Shown: positions 17,245 through 26,957 of the stretch, piece after piece
How positions within the stretch are numbered: position 1 is the stretch's first letter
Layout: each line of letters starts with the position of its first letter
Sequence record: PZ496581.1
DNA length: 64,000 nt
Reading direction: 5' to 3' (one strand)
Origin: a phage
Translations under genes and position numbers: made by a program
Notes under the pieces: generated by a model
What the model saw: only the letters and a program-made list of their open reading frames with translations
The model's database searches: none
What the model was told of the DNA's origin: nothing

Positions 17245-18558
17245 TCAAATAAAATGGACGTCAAACCGACCACGAGTTGTGCCGACGTACAATAACTGTT
17301 TAGCTAATTCTGAATCAGCATAATGGATACACGGTGTATAAACAAAGGCCGTGTCAACAGACATACCCTGGGCCTTATGGAAGGTTGATACTGGTAGTGC
17401 CTTCACCTTAGTGAACATACGTTTAGCATCCCAGAATTCGCTCCATGGAGCTTTACCGCCTTTATTCCAGAATTTGTATGTTTCTGCGGTCTTAGCCAAA
17501 AACAAATTGAATTTATAAAGCTCTTCTTCAGAAGAAATAACCTTTATATCTTCGCGGATATATTCTTCATCATCCCCATATGTTTCTACTGTAAGATTCC
17601 AGTATCGTATCATATATTCGCCTGAAACACCACGTGCTTTAACGAATGTAGACGTTTCTACAGCATCTCGAATACGAACGAATTGCCCGTTATTGAAAAG
17701 CATTTCGGTCATATTTTTACCATCTAGCTTATATGTCTTAGTAAATGGCTCTTGTAGAACAATGACTTCGTCTTTAATAAATGGTTTTTCTGTTTCAAGA
17801 AGTTTTCGGCGAATAATTGAATTTAACTTATCCACCGACTTATTTGTGAATGCCATCATTCGATTTTCGAAAAGGTCTTCAGGAGTTTTAACGACGTTAA
17901 AATAGTTCATCATATACGATTTAAGGTCTGTATATCCATGAACACCGTGCCCATCAACTACTTTATCGTAAATCCATTTGCCATTACGAATATCAGTCGC
18001 AACATCAATAATTGGTGCATTGCTACGTTTAACTTCTGTAAGGTTGCATTGCACGAAGTCTTTGTGAGTGAAGAAAGGACTTAGATACGCAGTTGATTCG
18101 CCTGGGTCTACCGGTCGAATCTGACATCGGTCACCAATTCCAATTACTGTGCACCATTTAGGGATACTAGCTAACATTATTTTAAACAGAGAACGGTCGC
18201 ACATTGACGCTTCATCAAATAACAGTACACGACACAAGGCTAAGTCGGGAACCTTTTTCTGTTCAAACAATACGTTTTCTTCGTATGTAGTTGGGTTGAT
18301 TTTAAGAATGCTATGAATAGTCGATGCTTCTTGACCCGCAAGTTTGCTTAGAACCTTTTTAGCAGCATGTGTAGGGGCTGCTAAAATAATACCTGATTCT
18401 CCAGAAGAAATAAGGGCTTCAACGATGAATCTAGTAAGGGTTGTTTTACCTGTACCAGCGGGCCCATTAATAGTTACATGATGTTTCTTTTCTTTAATAG
18501 CGTTCATAACAACGTTGAAGGCGTTTTTCTGGCCTTCAGTCAAATCATCAAATGTCAT
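17245..18558 (-). CDS. dda: Dda DNA helicase (SF1B)
   Basis: 437 aa; Walker A INGPAGTGKTT, Walker B LLFDEASM; T4 Dda size. Confidence 0.9.
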   Translation of the reverse strand: MTFDDLTEGQKNAFNVVMNAIKEKKHHVTINGPAGTGKTTLTRFIVEALISSGESGIILAAPTHAAKKVLSKLAGQEASTIHSILKINPTTYEENVLFEQKKVPDLALCRVLLFDEASMCDRSLFKIMLASIPKWCTVIGIGDRCQIRPVDPGESTAYLSPFFTHKDFVQCNLTEVKRSNAPIIDVATDIRNGKWIYDKVVDGHGVHGYTDLKSYMMNYFNVVKTPEDLFENRMMAFTNKSVDKLNSIIRRKLLETEKPFIKDEVIVLQEPFTKTYKLDGKNMTEMLFNNGQFVRIRDAVETSTFVKARGVSGEYMIRYWNLTVETYGDDEEYIREDIKVISSEEELYKFNLFLAKTAETYKFWNKGGKAPWSEFWDAKRMFTKVKALPVSTFHKAQGMSVDTAFVYTPCIHYADSELAKQLLYVGTTRGRFDVHFI

Positions 18559-18866
18559 CGTAAAGTCCCTGCAATTGGAATACTAACAATACGGCCTGTG
18601 TCCAGGATTCGTTGATACAATCTTTGCGTCTCCGCATCTAGTTTAATGTGTTTCATTTCAAGCTTATTAAACCAGAACTTACGCGGAGTTTCGACCATTC
18701 TTAGAACTCCCATTTTTAAATCTGTTTTATACTGTGTTTTCAAAGTATCGAAAACTTTATCTGCAATATCCTTTCTAAAAAATACTGCAGGACGATGCTC
18801 ATCAAGTGGAACCGGGACAGTAAATCCTTCCATATCTCGATAAACTATTGCATATACATAAACCAT
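18555..18866 (-). CDS. hypothetical protein (dda.1 position)
   Basis: 103 aa ORF overlapping dda start. Confidence 0.5.
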   Translation of the reverse strand: MVYVYAIVYRDMEGFTVPVPLDEHRPAVFFRKDIADKVFDTLKTQYKTDLKMGVLRMVETPRKFWFNKLEMKHIKLDAETQRLYQRILDTGRIVSIPIAGTLR

Positions 18867-18868
18867 AA

Positions 18869-19615
18869 TTAACCTTTAATCAGTTGGAATAATGATGCGC
18901 TAAGTGGTAAGCCACGTTTCAATTTTAATTTACCAATGAAACCAATCTTTTCAAAACGTTGCAGACCTTGGATAACTTTATCATATGTATCGAAAAGCGA
19001 TTCAGCGTCAGTTAATTTAGTTTTAGTTTTCCAGTCAGAGCCTTTAAGAAGAACGTTGAGTTTAGTAAGTTCATGGCCTTCTGCTTGATGTGAGCCATTA
19101 ATGCGTGCTTTCAAAGCAACAATTCTAAGTTTAGATTCGTTAGATAAAGGTTGATTTTTCATCATGTTCGCCATATGCTTAACACGATTTTCACGTTTTG
19201 CTCGGATTTTTAAAATAGTGTCATAAACCTTTTTAATTTGGGCCCATTTCTTCTCGTCGAGATTAAGTTTCTCTACTTTACGGGCAGAAGGATTAGCGAT
19301 ACGTCTTGCAATGGCATCACGTTTCCTAATAAGTTCTTCTAATGTTAAATCAGAACGAGCCGTGTTATATTTTTTCTTAACTGGGATAACATTACCTTTA
19401 ATGTAGCCTATATCATTATTAAAACGTTCTAAGGATAATTTCTCACCTTCAACAGAGTTATTAAAAGATTCACCTGAGTAAGCGCAGACCTTTTGATCAA
19501 GAATGTTTTTAAGGTAATTAAAGTCTAAGTTAAAATCCTTAGAGCGTCTCTTCGCAGAAGCTCTGGTGTGGTCAAGACGTCGATTGATTTTGTTAATTTT
19601 ATTATTTGATAACAT
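18869..19615 (-). CDS. hypothetical basic protein (srd position)
   Basis: 248 aa; assignment by position only. Confidence 0.35.
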   Translation of the reverse strand: MLSNNKINKINRRLDHTRASAKRRSKDFNLDFNYLKNILDQKVCAYSGESFNNSVEGEKLSLERFNNDIGYIKGNVIPVKKKYNTARSDLTLEELIRKRDAIARRIANPSARKVEKLNLDEKKWAQIKKVYDTILKIRAKRENRVKHMANMMKNQPLSNESKLRIVALKARINGSHQAEGHELTKLNVLLKGSDWKTKTKLTDAESLFDTYDKVIQGLQRFEKIGFIGKLKLKRGLPLSASLFQLIKG

Positions 19616-19768
19616 AATATTTTCCTCTGTCTTACGGACGTTAAGGTCATTTAGCTGATAAGCTTATAATATCATGCCCTCAGGTAGTGTACACTCTTTT
19701 TTCATAAAATGCTTTAATTTTTTATGTGTTATAATGGTTCTGAGTTCCATCCGGTTATTCCAATTCAG

Positions 19769-20377
19769 TCAGTAACTGACAATAGACAGATTCCAGATTG
19801 TATAACGTCCATCTTGAATAATAGAATCTACACGTAGTGTAGTCCCTATAGGGAGCATAAATTCACATTCGTCAGATATAAGTCTAGCATTAGACCGTCT
19901 TGTCGCTTCAGGGAAAGCTCCATTGAACTCACAAGATGGCGCAGCCAGAATCATGTTAAGCATATGTTCACGGAAGTTGAAAGCAAATGGTGCATCTTTG
20001 ATGCAGAACATATTAAATGTTCCGTAAAAATTATACGAAGCAAAGTTACGTGCTACACCGAACACTGGGCTGAAGCTCATTACTCTGTCAAATTTAATAA
20101 TACTACCAATGCCTTTATCATCGAGTGTGGCCATAGTTTTCTTAGAGATTCCACGATACATTGTCTCAGGAACAGAAGACGACCAATTTCTACGAACAAT
20201 TGCACTTAAATCTTGTTGGATGCTATCGGGCTTGTTTTCCATACACTGCCACAGTACACTTTGTTCAATGTCGCTGAATTGCTCATCGATTTTGTACTGA
20301 AGCATATCTTGATAATCTGGGCATTGAGCACGACGAACCATTTCTTCAATTTCACACTCGTTATACGGCATAAACAT
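19769..20377 (-). CDS. modA: ADP-ribosyltransferase ModA-like
   Basis: 202 aa; paralogous to next ORF; conserved YRG...S...E pattern of R-S-E ARTs; T4 mod locus position. Confidence 0.6.
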   Translation of the reverse strand: MFMPYNECEIEEMVRRAQCPDYQDMLQYKIDEQFSDIEQSVLWQCMENKPDSIQQDLSAIVRRNWSSSVPETMYRGISKKTMATLDDKGIGSIIKFDRVMSFSPVFGVARNFASYNFYGTFNMFCIKDAPFAFNFREHMLNMILAAPSCEFNGAFPEATRRSNARLISDECEFMLPIGTTLRVDSIIQDGRYTIWNLSIVSY

Positions 20378-20403
20378 TTAGGTTTCTCCTCTGGATGATA
20401 GGT

Positions 20404-20435
20404 CTATAATATCATCGTCCTTGTTGTTTGTACAC
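20404..20435 (-). promoter_or_regulatory. sigma70-type early promoter (modA)
   Basis: GTGTAC -35, TATTAT -10. Confidence 0.5.
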
Positions 20436-21016
20436 TAAAAATTCAACATTTTCAAATGAATGATTTTGTATAATCGAGATAAAGGGTCATATTCTAAGTC
20501 TTCAATTTCCACAATCTCAAATCGAGAGATACCTGAGACCATGTACTCTTGTTCAGATTCAATCATATCTAGGACATCGATACGAGTTTCTTCCATAACA
20601 TGCTTAGGGTTCTTTCCGGCGAGTACAATGTTAACCATGTTTTGGTAGTAATCAAAAATGAATGGAGCATTCCTGAGACTAAGAATAGTGTACGTCTGAT
20701 ATTCCCATCTCCCGGAGAATTGACGAGCTGTACTGAAATCAGTTGTGAACGATGTTACTCGTCCAGGAGACCAATGGCATCCAACAGAAAGAAGGGAAAG
20801 ACGTTCTACTTCTTCTGGAGTTACACCACGGTAGAGTTCTACTGGTACTGTAGAAGTCATATGCTTACGAACAAGATGGTCTAATTCATAGTGGAAATCC
20901 GGGTCTTCCTTAGAATCGGTGCAAGCCCAGAGAATGTTTTGTTCTTGGCGGGTGAATTTGCTATCAATCAGATTTGTTAGGTATTCACGTTCTTGAAGTT
21001 CAGATTGACATGTCAT
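20435..21016 (-). CDS. modB: ADP-ribosyltransferase ModB-like
   Basis: 193 aa; paralog of 19769..20377. Confidence 0.6.
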   Translation of the reverse strand: MTCQSELQEREYLTNLIDSKFTRQEQNILWACTDSKEDPDFHYELDHLVRKHMTSTVPVELYRGVTPEEVERLSLLSVGCHWSPGRVTSFTTDFSTARQFSGRWEYQTYTILSLRNAPFIFDYYQNMVNIVLAGKNPKHVMEETRIDVLDMIESEQEYMVSGISRFEIVEIEDLEYDPLSRLYKIIHLKMLNF

Positions 21017-21042
21017 GATAGACCTCCATTTAAAGATAAGCC

Positions 21043-21071
21043 TATCATAACACGAGAGGAGGGAATGTAAA
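21043..21071 (-). promoter_or_regulatory. sigma70-type early promoter (modB)
   Basis: GTTTAC - 17 nt - TATGAT. Confidence 0.5.
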
Positions 21072-21232
21072 CTACTTTTTAAGCTTTCCTACTAAAGGTC
21101 CATCAGGACCAGGTTGTTCTAACATGAATAAGGATGCTTTAAAAAGCAATGTCAACCCTTTCACCATTCGATACCATGTCTCAAAGTCTTTTTCCTTGAT
21201 TTCTAGTAAGAATTTCTCTTTAAATTTCTCTT

Positions 21233-21421
21233 TCATTTCCAAGGACTCCATGGTGGAGGGTCGTCATAATAAGAGGCAAGGTCTTTCAGGGCTTCGACAG
21301 GTAAACTAAAGCCGTGTCGTTGTATAATACTATCTAGTTCATCAACAAGTTCACTACGATGCACTTTAAGAGCCTCAACTTCAGGCTCGTCAAACATACT
21401 CATAAGGTCCATATTATTCAC
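21233..21421 (-). CDS. hypothetical protein
   Basis: 62 aa ORF. Confidence 0.4.
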   Translation of the reverse strand: MNNMDLMSMFDEPEVEALKVHRSELVDELDSIIQRHGFSLPVEALKDLASYYDDPPPWSPWK

Positions 21422-21878
21422 CTAAATAAAAACTAGGCTGCTCGGAGAATGTTTCTAGCACTACACCTTTTGTCTTAAAAAATTTCCAAATAGCTCGTTG
21501 CAAATGGATTAAATCTGCTAATGATGTAATAAAGTATTTTTTGGCAAAATACTTATGGTCTCGCTTTTCAAACAAGTCTAAACGCTTTTCAGGATTCACA
21601 TAAACGGCATTTTCCGTAGATTCATAACCTAAGTCCTTTATGCCTTCTTCAAGACTAAACGGAGAATTTTTAGAACGAGTAATAGCTCCAACTCGCTCTA
21701 CACGAATTTTGTAACCTTTAGGAATCTGCAATTTGCAGAATTCTTCTACGATATATTGCGGATTATTTAGACTTTTGTTAATGAGGATAGCTATTTCTAG
21801 TGGAGTCTTATCTTCCACTGGTATATGTTTAAATGACTTGGCTTCAAGCAAATACATTTTAAATAGCATAGCATCCAT
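21414..21878 (-). CDS. hypothetical protein (mrh region)
   Basis: 154 aa ORF. Confidence 0.45.
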   Translation of the reverse strand: MDAMLFKMYLLEAKSFKHIPVEDKTPLEIAILINKSLNNPQYIVEEFCKLQIPKGYKIRVERVGAITRSKNSPFSLEEGIKDLGYESTENAVYVNPEKRLDLFEKRDHKYFAKKYFITSLADLIHLQRAIWKFFKTKGVVLETFSEQPSFYLGE

Positions 21879-22057
21879 TATAATTTCCTCGATGGTTCAC
21901 CCATATAAAGTTTTACAATACGTTCGCCTTCATCTTCGACGAGCTTTTCTTCATGTTTCTGGAATTCTTTAGCCATATTCTCTTCAAGAACATCCAGCCA
22001 ATCTTCTGGACCGACACCATCGTCCCAGCTTTTAAACCATCTTACCAATCTGTTCAT
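21878..22057 (-). CDS. hypothetical protein
   Basis: ORF trimmed to ATG (MNRLVRWF...). Confidence 0.35.
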   Translation of the reverse strand: MNRLVRWFKSWDDGVGPEDWLDVLEENMAKEFQKHEEKLVEDEGERIVKLYMGEPSRKL

Positions 22058-22254
22058 TCGCAGCTCCCTGAGCTTGAACCACAATCAGAATAACTTGACC
22101 CAGAATCACCAGGCCAAGACGATACGTATGAATGATTATAACTTGAAGAGCTTGAAGCATTAACATGTTTTGTTTTTGGACGAACAACTTCTTCCATCAT
22201 TCCGTCACCGATATATTCCCAACTTTTTTCGTGTGTATCAGGAATAGGCATCAT
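22054..22254 (-). CDS. hypothetical protein with Ser/Gly/Cys-rich C-terminus
   Basis: ORF trimmed to MMPIPDTHEK...; low-complexity SSSSSYNHSYVSS...GSSSGSCE tail. Confidence 0.35.
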   Translation of the reverse strand: MMPIPDTHEKSWEYIGDGMMEEVVRPKTKHVNASSSSSYNHSYVSSWPGDSGSSYSDCGSSSGSCE

Positions 22255-22267
22255 ACCTTCGCCTGGT

Positions 22268-22495
22268 TTAACAGCAAACAACTTCTTCAGTATCGTAAGC
22301 ATTAATTGTTCCTCGAACAAAACGAACACCACCATCATCCCAGCGGATTTCGGCATTAAATTTGACGTCTTCACCATCCATCATGAATGAGTGTACGACT
22401 ACATCATCATAATATCCAAGACCGTACTTTAATGAAACTTCTTGAGCAATCAAAGCACCTAATGTGTTATTAGGTTTAATCCAACGATTTAACAT
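22268..22495 (-). CDS. hypothetical protein
   Basis: 75 aa ORF with early promoter and GAGGAG SD upstream. Confidence 0.45.
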   Translation of the reverse strand: MLNRWIKPNNTLGALIAQEVSLKYGLGYYDDVVVHSFMMDGEDVKFNAEIRWDDGGVRFVRGTINAYDTEEVVCC

Positions 22496-22518
22496 ATTGT
22501 TCTCCTCTTGAGTAAGTA

Positions 22519-22552
22519 AGATATCTTAACACAGTTTTTAGTGGTTGTAAAC
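22519..22552 (-). promoter_or_regulatory. sigma70-type early promoter
   Basis: GTTTAC - ~18 nt - TAAGAT, GAGGAG SD downstream. Confidence 0.45.
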
Positions 22553-22561
22553 TGTAGAAAC

Positions 22562-22588
22562 AAAAAAAAAGGAATCCCGAAGGATTCC
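22562..22588 (-). terminator. rho-independent terminator after soc
   Basis: GGAAUCC-UUCG-GGAUUCC hairpin followed by U9. Confidence 0.75.
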
Positions 22589-22597
22589 TTAAATTAT

Positions 22598-22834
22598 TTA
22601 ACCATTTACTGGTGTAGGGGTAAACATTGCAGCGTTCTTAGTTTTCCAGTCAGCTGCATCAGAAACTACAGTAGAATAAGCTGCCTTTTCTGATGGAAAG
22701 ATTTGGTAATGAGAATCTGCAATCCGATGTTCGTTTGAATAAATCTCAAACGGCACAGAAACTTCCATACCTTTAACTTCTTTACTTTCACCAGCAGGAT
22801 GCGTAAAGGTTTTGATGTTTACATAACCACCAAT
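22598..22834 (-). CDS. soc: small outer capsid protein Soc; no canonical start codon
   Basis: Hand-translated ...GGYVNIKTFTHPAGESKEVKGMEVSVPFEIYSNEHRIADSHYQIFPSEKAAYSTVV...; AAGGAG SD then ATT ATT GGT; below ORF-track cutoff. Confidence 0.7.
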   Translation of the reverse strand: MGGYVNIKTFTHPAGESKEVKGMEVSVPFEIYSNEHRIADSHYQIFPSEKAAYSTVVSDAADWKTKNAAMFTPTPVNG

Positions 22835-22871
22835 AATTAACTCCTTTGTTGTTTAATTACAGGTGTATTTA

Positions 22872-23087
22872 TTATGCATATTTCTTGTCGATATAAAAAT
22901 GACCACCGCCTTTAACAAAGACCCAGAATAGATTTCTATCGTCTGTATCCCGGCAGTAAAAATCATCTAACCGGAAATAGTTTTCTTCAGGGAATTCAAG
23001 ATGTCGCCCGAGTTCTATCGCATCAGAACCGAACGCTTTAGTAGCGGGACGACCATCATCGTCCCATTTCTTGAAATTGAATTGCAT
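22872..23087 (-). CDS. hypothetical protein
   Basis: 71 aa ORF between soc and 56. Confidence 0.45.
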   Translation of the reverse strand: MQFNFKKWDDDGRPATKAFGSDAIELGRHLEFPEENYFRLDDFYCRDTDDRNLFWVFVKGGGHFYIDKKYA

Positions 23088-23608
23088 TAATAACCTCGGT
23101 CTTGGCGAGCGAAGTTTTCAGCATTCTTCAGATAATACAGTTTGAAGATTTCTTCAGCAGAAAGTCCCAGACCTTGGAACATATTTAGAACGAAATGCAG
23201 AATATCAATCATTTCAAATTTAATTTCAAGCTGGTCTTCAGGAGACAGTTCATCGATACGACGATTTCGATATTCAGCATGTTGTGCTTTCCATGGCTTC
23301 CATACAGAGCTAGCGGCTTTCTCACCATTGCTCATACCGCCAAGTGAAGTCAGCAGTTCACGGAATTCATCATCAATATAATCTTTCTGATTACGCAGCC
23401 AATCAACAACATCGCCAGCAGTAGCCAATTCATCAGGATGTTTGTTATGTTCAGGCTTGTCATTTGCCAGACGAACCTGTAAAGATTTCTGCATATCAAG
23501 CATTACCTGCAGTGGGTCTTTATCTTCGTGAATCAGAGCATTAAAATAAGCTTCTTCTGCTTTATCAACACCAGAAATAAGTTGTGAACATTCGTTAAAG
23601 TGCGCCAT
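23087..23608 (-). CDS. 56: dCTP pyrophosphatase (dCTPase/dUTPase)
   Basis: Trimmed to ATG (MAHFNEC...); ...LQVMLDMQ...ETAGDVV.W...DDEFRELLTSLG...EEIFKLYYLKN.ENFARQDRGY matches T4 gp56 as recalled. Confidence 0.9.
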   Translation of the reverse strand: MAHFNECSQLISGVDKAEEAYFNALIHEDKDPLQVMLDMQKSLQVRLANDKPEHNKHPDELATAGDVVDWLRNQKDYIDDEFRELLTSLGGMSNGEKAASSVWKPWKAQHAEYRNRRIDELSPEDQLEIKFEMIDILHFVLNMFQGLGLSAEEIFKLYYLKNAENFARQDRGY

Positions 23609-23696
23609 TATTTTTCCTTTCAATTCAGTATAAGAGAGTTAATTCTAACATTAATTTTATAAAGCGTAATAAATAATAGGTAACTAAGGAGATATT

Positions 23697-23894
23697 ATGT
23701 TTAAACTTCCATCGTTAATCAACGCTATTAAAGGCAATAAAAAGAAAACTGCTATCGCTGCAATAGTTGTAGGTGGCATTATTTCATGGAACTTCGGGAT
23801 TGCACCATTGTTAGTTGCCCATGGTGTTATGGTTCCTTCTGTTCCATTGGATACTGTAGTTGATTTGGCCTTTGCTATTATAGGGCTTGTTTAA
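23697..23894 (+). CDS. small hydrophobic protein, plus strand
   Basis: 65 aa; AAGGAG 5 nt upstream of ATG; only convincing plus-strand ORF in window. Confidence 0.4.
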   Translation: MFKLPSLINAIKGNKKKTAIAAIVVGGIISWNFGIAPLLVAHGVMVPSVPLDTVVDLAFAIIGLV

Positions 23895-24913
23895 ATCTTC
23901 GAATAACGAGATAATCTCATTTTAGCATGCAACCCACTTGAAATATTCTGTTTCATATATTCTAAAATTTCTTGTGGTGTTGCATTTTCTTTCATTACCA
24001 TATCATTCACATCCTTTGATCTCCATGGAGCTCGGTCCCAGAACATGACACGTTCGCCTGCATTAACTAATCGCTTCATGCGAGCTATAGTATCCGGATG
24101 CCTAGGTTCATTATCCATTACCCATACCCGACGTTCTTTAAATGGTACCACATCTAAATCTATTGAGCCGCCTGTAATAGCGATTGCATTGGGTATGAAT
24201 AAACTATCAATAGGACCTTCCATTACCCAGACGTCTCCTTCCTTAACACGTTCAACACCATAAATTTTTGTTGCAGATTCAAAAGCTTTAATAGTGATAT
24301 ATTTTTGAGGAGCATCTTTACGAAGTGCACGTCCTTGGAATGACTCGGCCTTCCCATCTTTATTAAAAATAGGAATAACTAAACGCGGTTCAGGAATCTC
24401 TTTCTTATATGTGCCAGGTTGAATCTTGTTGACCAATTTAGGCCATTCTAATGTGAACCATAATCTGTTCCATGATTCTTTAGGAATGCATCTAGACTTA
24501 ACATATTTCACAATAGGATGCTCTTCAGGCAGCTTGTCCAGACGAGAACAAGACGGCAAAGAATTTATAGTCTTTTTTTCCGGCTCCGGCTTAGCTTCAG
24601 GAACCTTTTCAATCTTTGGTTCCATTCTAGCTTTTTCTTTACGAACTTCCATTAGATATTCGCGATAAAGCTCTTCATCATACTCTTTTAAGTATCCGGA
24701 AATTGTATTGTGGTATTGACAGTTATAGCAATGTACATTACCAGGAGTACCGCCATAATACCATCCGCGAGCTTTCATTGCATCTGTCTGGGAGTCGCCA
24801 CAAACTGGACAACGAAACGTTAATTTAAATGTGCTTGAATTATTGATTTGTCTAAAACGAGGGAGGTGAGAAAACGCACGATAAGCAAATTCATTATCTA
24901 TCCATTCAGCCAT
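23891..24913 (-). CDS. 61: DNA primase
   Basis: 340 aa; N-terminal zinc ribbon FRCPVCGDS...HCYNC; T4 gp61 size and position. Confidence 0.9.
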   Translation of the reverse strand: MAEWIDNEFAYRAFSHLPRFRQINNSSTFKLTFRCPVCGDSQTDAMKARGWYYGGTPGNVHCYNCQYHNTISGYLKEYDEELYREYLMEVRKEKARMEPKIEKVPEAKPEPEKKTINSLPSCSRLDKLPEEHPIVKYVKSRCIPKESWNRLWFTLEWPKLVNKIQPGTYKKEIPEPRLVIPIFNKDGKAESFQGRALRKDAPQKYITIKAFESATKIYGVERVKEGDVWVMEGPIDSLFIPNAIAITGGSIDLDVVPFKERRVWVMDNEPRHPDTIARMKRLVNAGERVMFWDRAPWRSKDVNDMVMKENATPQEILEYMKQNISSGLHAKMRLSRYSKI

Positions 24914-24952
24914 AGTATTCTCCAGAGGCCTTAAATTAATAAGGCCATCTTA

Positions 24953-25447
24953 TCACAACTTATTAATATTTACTTTAATTCGCTTTCTTTTCTTGGAAGG
25001 AATTTGTTCGGGACCTTTATTTACGACTGCACCTGTAGTTGTTCCTGATGCAATAGCTTGAGGACTGCCGCCTGAATCACCAGCAACCATATCCTCAAAT
25101 AAAGGGAGTTCTTTAAATATTTCTTTCTGTTGTTCTTCCGTAATGTTATAGCGTGAAGCTACAGCACTCCAAGCAGACATCATTGATGCCATTCCATTAA
25201 GACCTGGAACAGTGTTCATCATTCGCTTCATTGAACGAACTGAAGCATGAAAAGGTGTATAAGCCGCTTTCTCTTCAGGAGTGGAAGGGCGTTTAAGAAC
25301 ACTTCCACGTTCATCGATGATTTTGGCTTCGTATGCTTTCCATTCGGTAAAAGGTTTTTGCATTAGTCGAATAAACTTATATGCGTAAACAGAATCTATT
25401 GCAGTGTTAATAATACCCATAGGTACCTCCTGAGTATATTTAATCAA
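24953..25447 (-). CDS. hypothetical protein (61.1 position)
   Basis: 164 aa ORF. Confidence 0.5.
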   Translation of the reverse strand: MIKYTQEVPMGIINTAIDSVYAYKFIRLMQKPFTEWKAYEAKIIDERGSVLKRPSTPEEKAAYTPFHASVRSMKRMMNTVPGLNGMASMMSAWSAVASRYNITEEQQKEIFKELPLFEDMVAGDSGGSPQAIASGTTTGAVVNKGPEQIPSKKRKRIKVNINKL

Positions 25448-25637
25448 TTACAAAGATTGCTTTGTCACCATTTATATCTGTGACTTCATATGTAGTGCCT
25501 TCATACTGTGGAATATTCCAAATTACACCGTCATTAGCTTTTACGCTAATATGGCATTGGTGTTTTGAAACAACTTCATAATCTTCAAAACTTGTAAAAA
25601 CACTAATTTTAGAACCAGTGCAAATTGCAGTAGTCAT
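25440..25637 (-). CDS. hypothetical protein
   Basis: 65 aa ORF. Confidence 0.45.
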   Translation of the reverse strand: MTTAICTGSKISVFTSFEDYEVVSKHQCHISVKANDGVIWNIPQYEGTTYEVTDINGDKAIFVID

Positions 25638-25638
25638 T

Positions 25639-26298
25639 TTAACCTCGATTCATAAATGCATTAAATATTTGGTCATCAACAGAAATTTCTAATTCGACTT
25701 CAATTGCTTCAGCCTTTTCTTCAGGTGGTAATTCGTATCCACACACTACAATTTTTTCATCGATATCAAAATATACAGAAGCAATACGATTAATGTTATT
25801 TTCAGTTAAGTCTAATTCAACATCAACATCTTTTTGGCCTACACTTAGAGGATAACTAATACGGGTTATTTTATTATCTTTAACAAAGAGTCCACCAACA
25901 TACTCTGTACTACGTTTGAAGTTTACACGTTTCCGAATTGAAAGATATGATGCATCTTTACCGTGAGCTCGGCTCATAGCACATAATGAATAGCTAGAAT
26001 AAGAGATGTCAAATCCTACACCTTCAATATGAGCCAACGTGTCATGATTAAACCAATTATAATCATATGCCAAATCCATTATATTGTAATATGTGAAAGG
26101 CACAGGATTAACATCATATGTTGTACCTTTAAAATCTGCCCAGGCAACGATTTCGTTATCTTTAACAATTACAAAAATTACACCGAGATGGTATCCGTTA
26201 TTATTTTCATTCGGCGTTATATTATAACATTGTGCATTAGGAAATTTACCATATTTAAATGGCGCATTTTTGTGCATATAATAAATCATATTATTCAC
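25639..26298 (-). CDS. hypothetical protein (61.2 position)
   Basis: 219 aa ORF. Confidence 0.5.
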   Translation of the reverse strand: MNNMIYYMHKNAPFKYGKFPNAQCYNITPNENNNGYHLGVIFVIVKDNEIVAWADFKGTTYDVNPVPFTYYNIMDLAYDYNWFNHDTLAHIEGVGFDISYSSYSLCAMSRAHGKDASYLSIRKRVNFKRSTEYVGGLFVKDNKITRISYPLSVGQKDVDVELDLTENNINRIASVYFDIDEKIVVCGYELPPEEKAEAIEVELEISVDDQIFNAFMNRG

Positions 26299-26584
26299 CT
26301 GTGATTTCGGTTACGATATCTTTGTTATCGAAATTAGGGTCACAATACAAAACATAGTTGTACTGCATGATACCGCCAGACTTAAGTTGTTCAACAACTT
26401 TATTAACCATATTAGGACGGTCTCGTTTAGTGATGTTCATGATATCAGAGAAGATTTGTTGTTCAACATCTTCTTGATTTGCAGTCATTGACCACTCACA
26501 GAGGTCTTTATCATAACCTGCCGTAACTGGAGCCGGTGCACATGATACTGCAAGTAAGATTGCTGCCAATGATAACTTTTTCAT
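26291..26584 (-). CDS. sp: Spackle-like periplasmic protein
   Basis: 97 aa with N-terminal signal peptide; T4 Sp size and 61.3 position. Confidence 0.6.
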   Translation of the reverse strand: MKKLSLAAILLAVSCAPAPVTAGYDKDLCEWSMTANQEDVEQQIFSDIMNITKRDRPNMVNKVVEQLKSGGIMQYNYVLYCDPNFDNKDIVTEITGE

Positions 26585-26609
26585 TTTAACTCCTTAGTTG
26601 ATTTGATAG

Positions 26610-26642
26610 GACTACTATACTATAGTCCATCTATAATGTAAA
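26610..26642 (-). promoter_or_regulatory. sigma70-type early promoter in stem-loop (sp)
   Basis: GTTTAC - 18 nt - TATAGT; GGACTACTATA...TATAGTCC. Confidence 0.5.
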
Positions 26643-26647
26643 CAAGT

Positions 26648-26896
26648 TTATTCTTTTTCGCGAATAATAATTACTTGTTGAGGCTGCTGAGCCGATTTCT
26701 TTTCGGCAACGATAGACCAAATTAAAGTTCCAATCCAACCAACCATCGTCCAGTTAAAGAGTAAAGATACAAAGAAAATTGCTGTTGTGCTTTTTGTGCC
26801 ACGAATAAGTGCGATTACCCAAGGCAACATGTAAATGATGATTGAACCAATACCTGCGATTAAAACTGCTACTGAACTAGCTACGAATAATTCCAT
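26648..26896 (-). CDS. imm: superinfection immunity protein Imm-like
   Basis: 82 aa, two TM segments, GWIGTLIW motif typical of Imm family as recalled. Confidence 0.55.
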   Translation of the reverse strand: MELFVASSVAVLIAGIGSIIIYMLPWVIALIRGTKSTTAIFFVSLLFNWTMVGWIGTLIWSIVAEKKSAQQPQQVIIIREKE

Positions 26897-26931
26897 GTTA
26901 ATTTCCTCTTGATTTGTTATGTTTATAGTAT

Positions 26932-26954
26932 CTTATTTTAACTTTGGTGTAAAC
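26932..26954 (-). promoter_or_regulatory. sigma70-type early promoter (imm)
   Basis: GTTTAC - 18 nt - TACTAT. Confidence 0.45.
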
Positions 26955-26957
26955 CAA

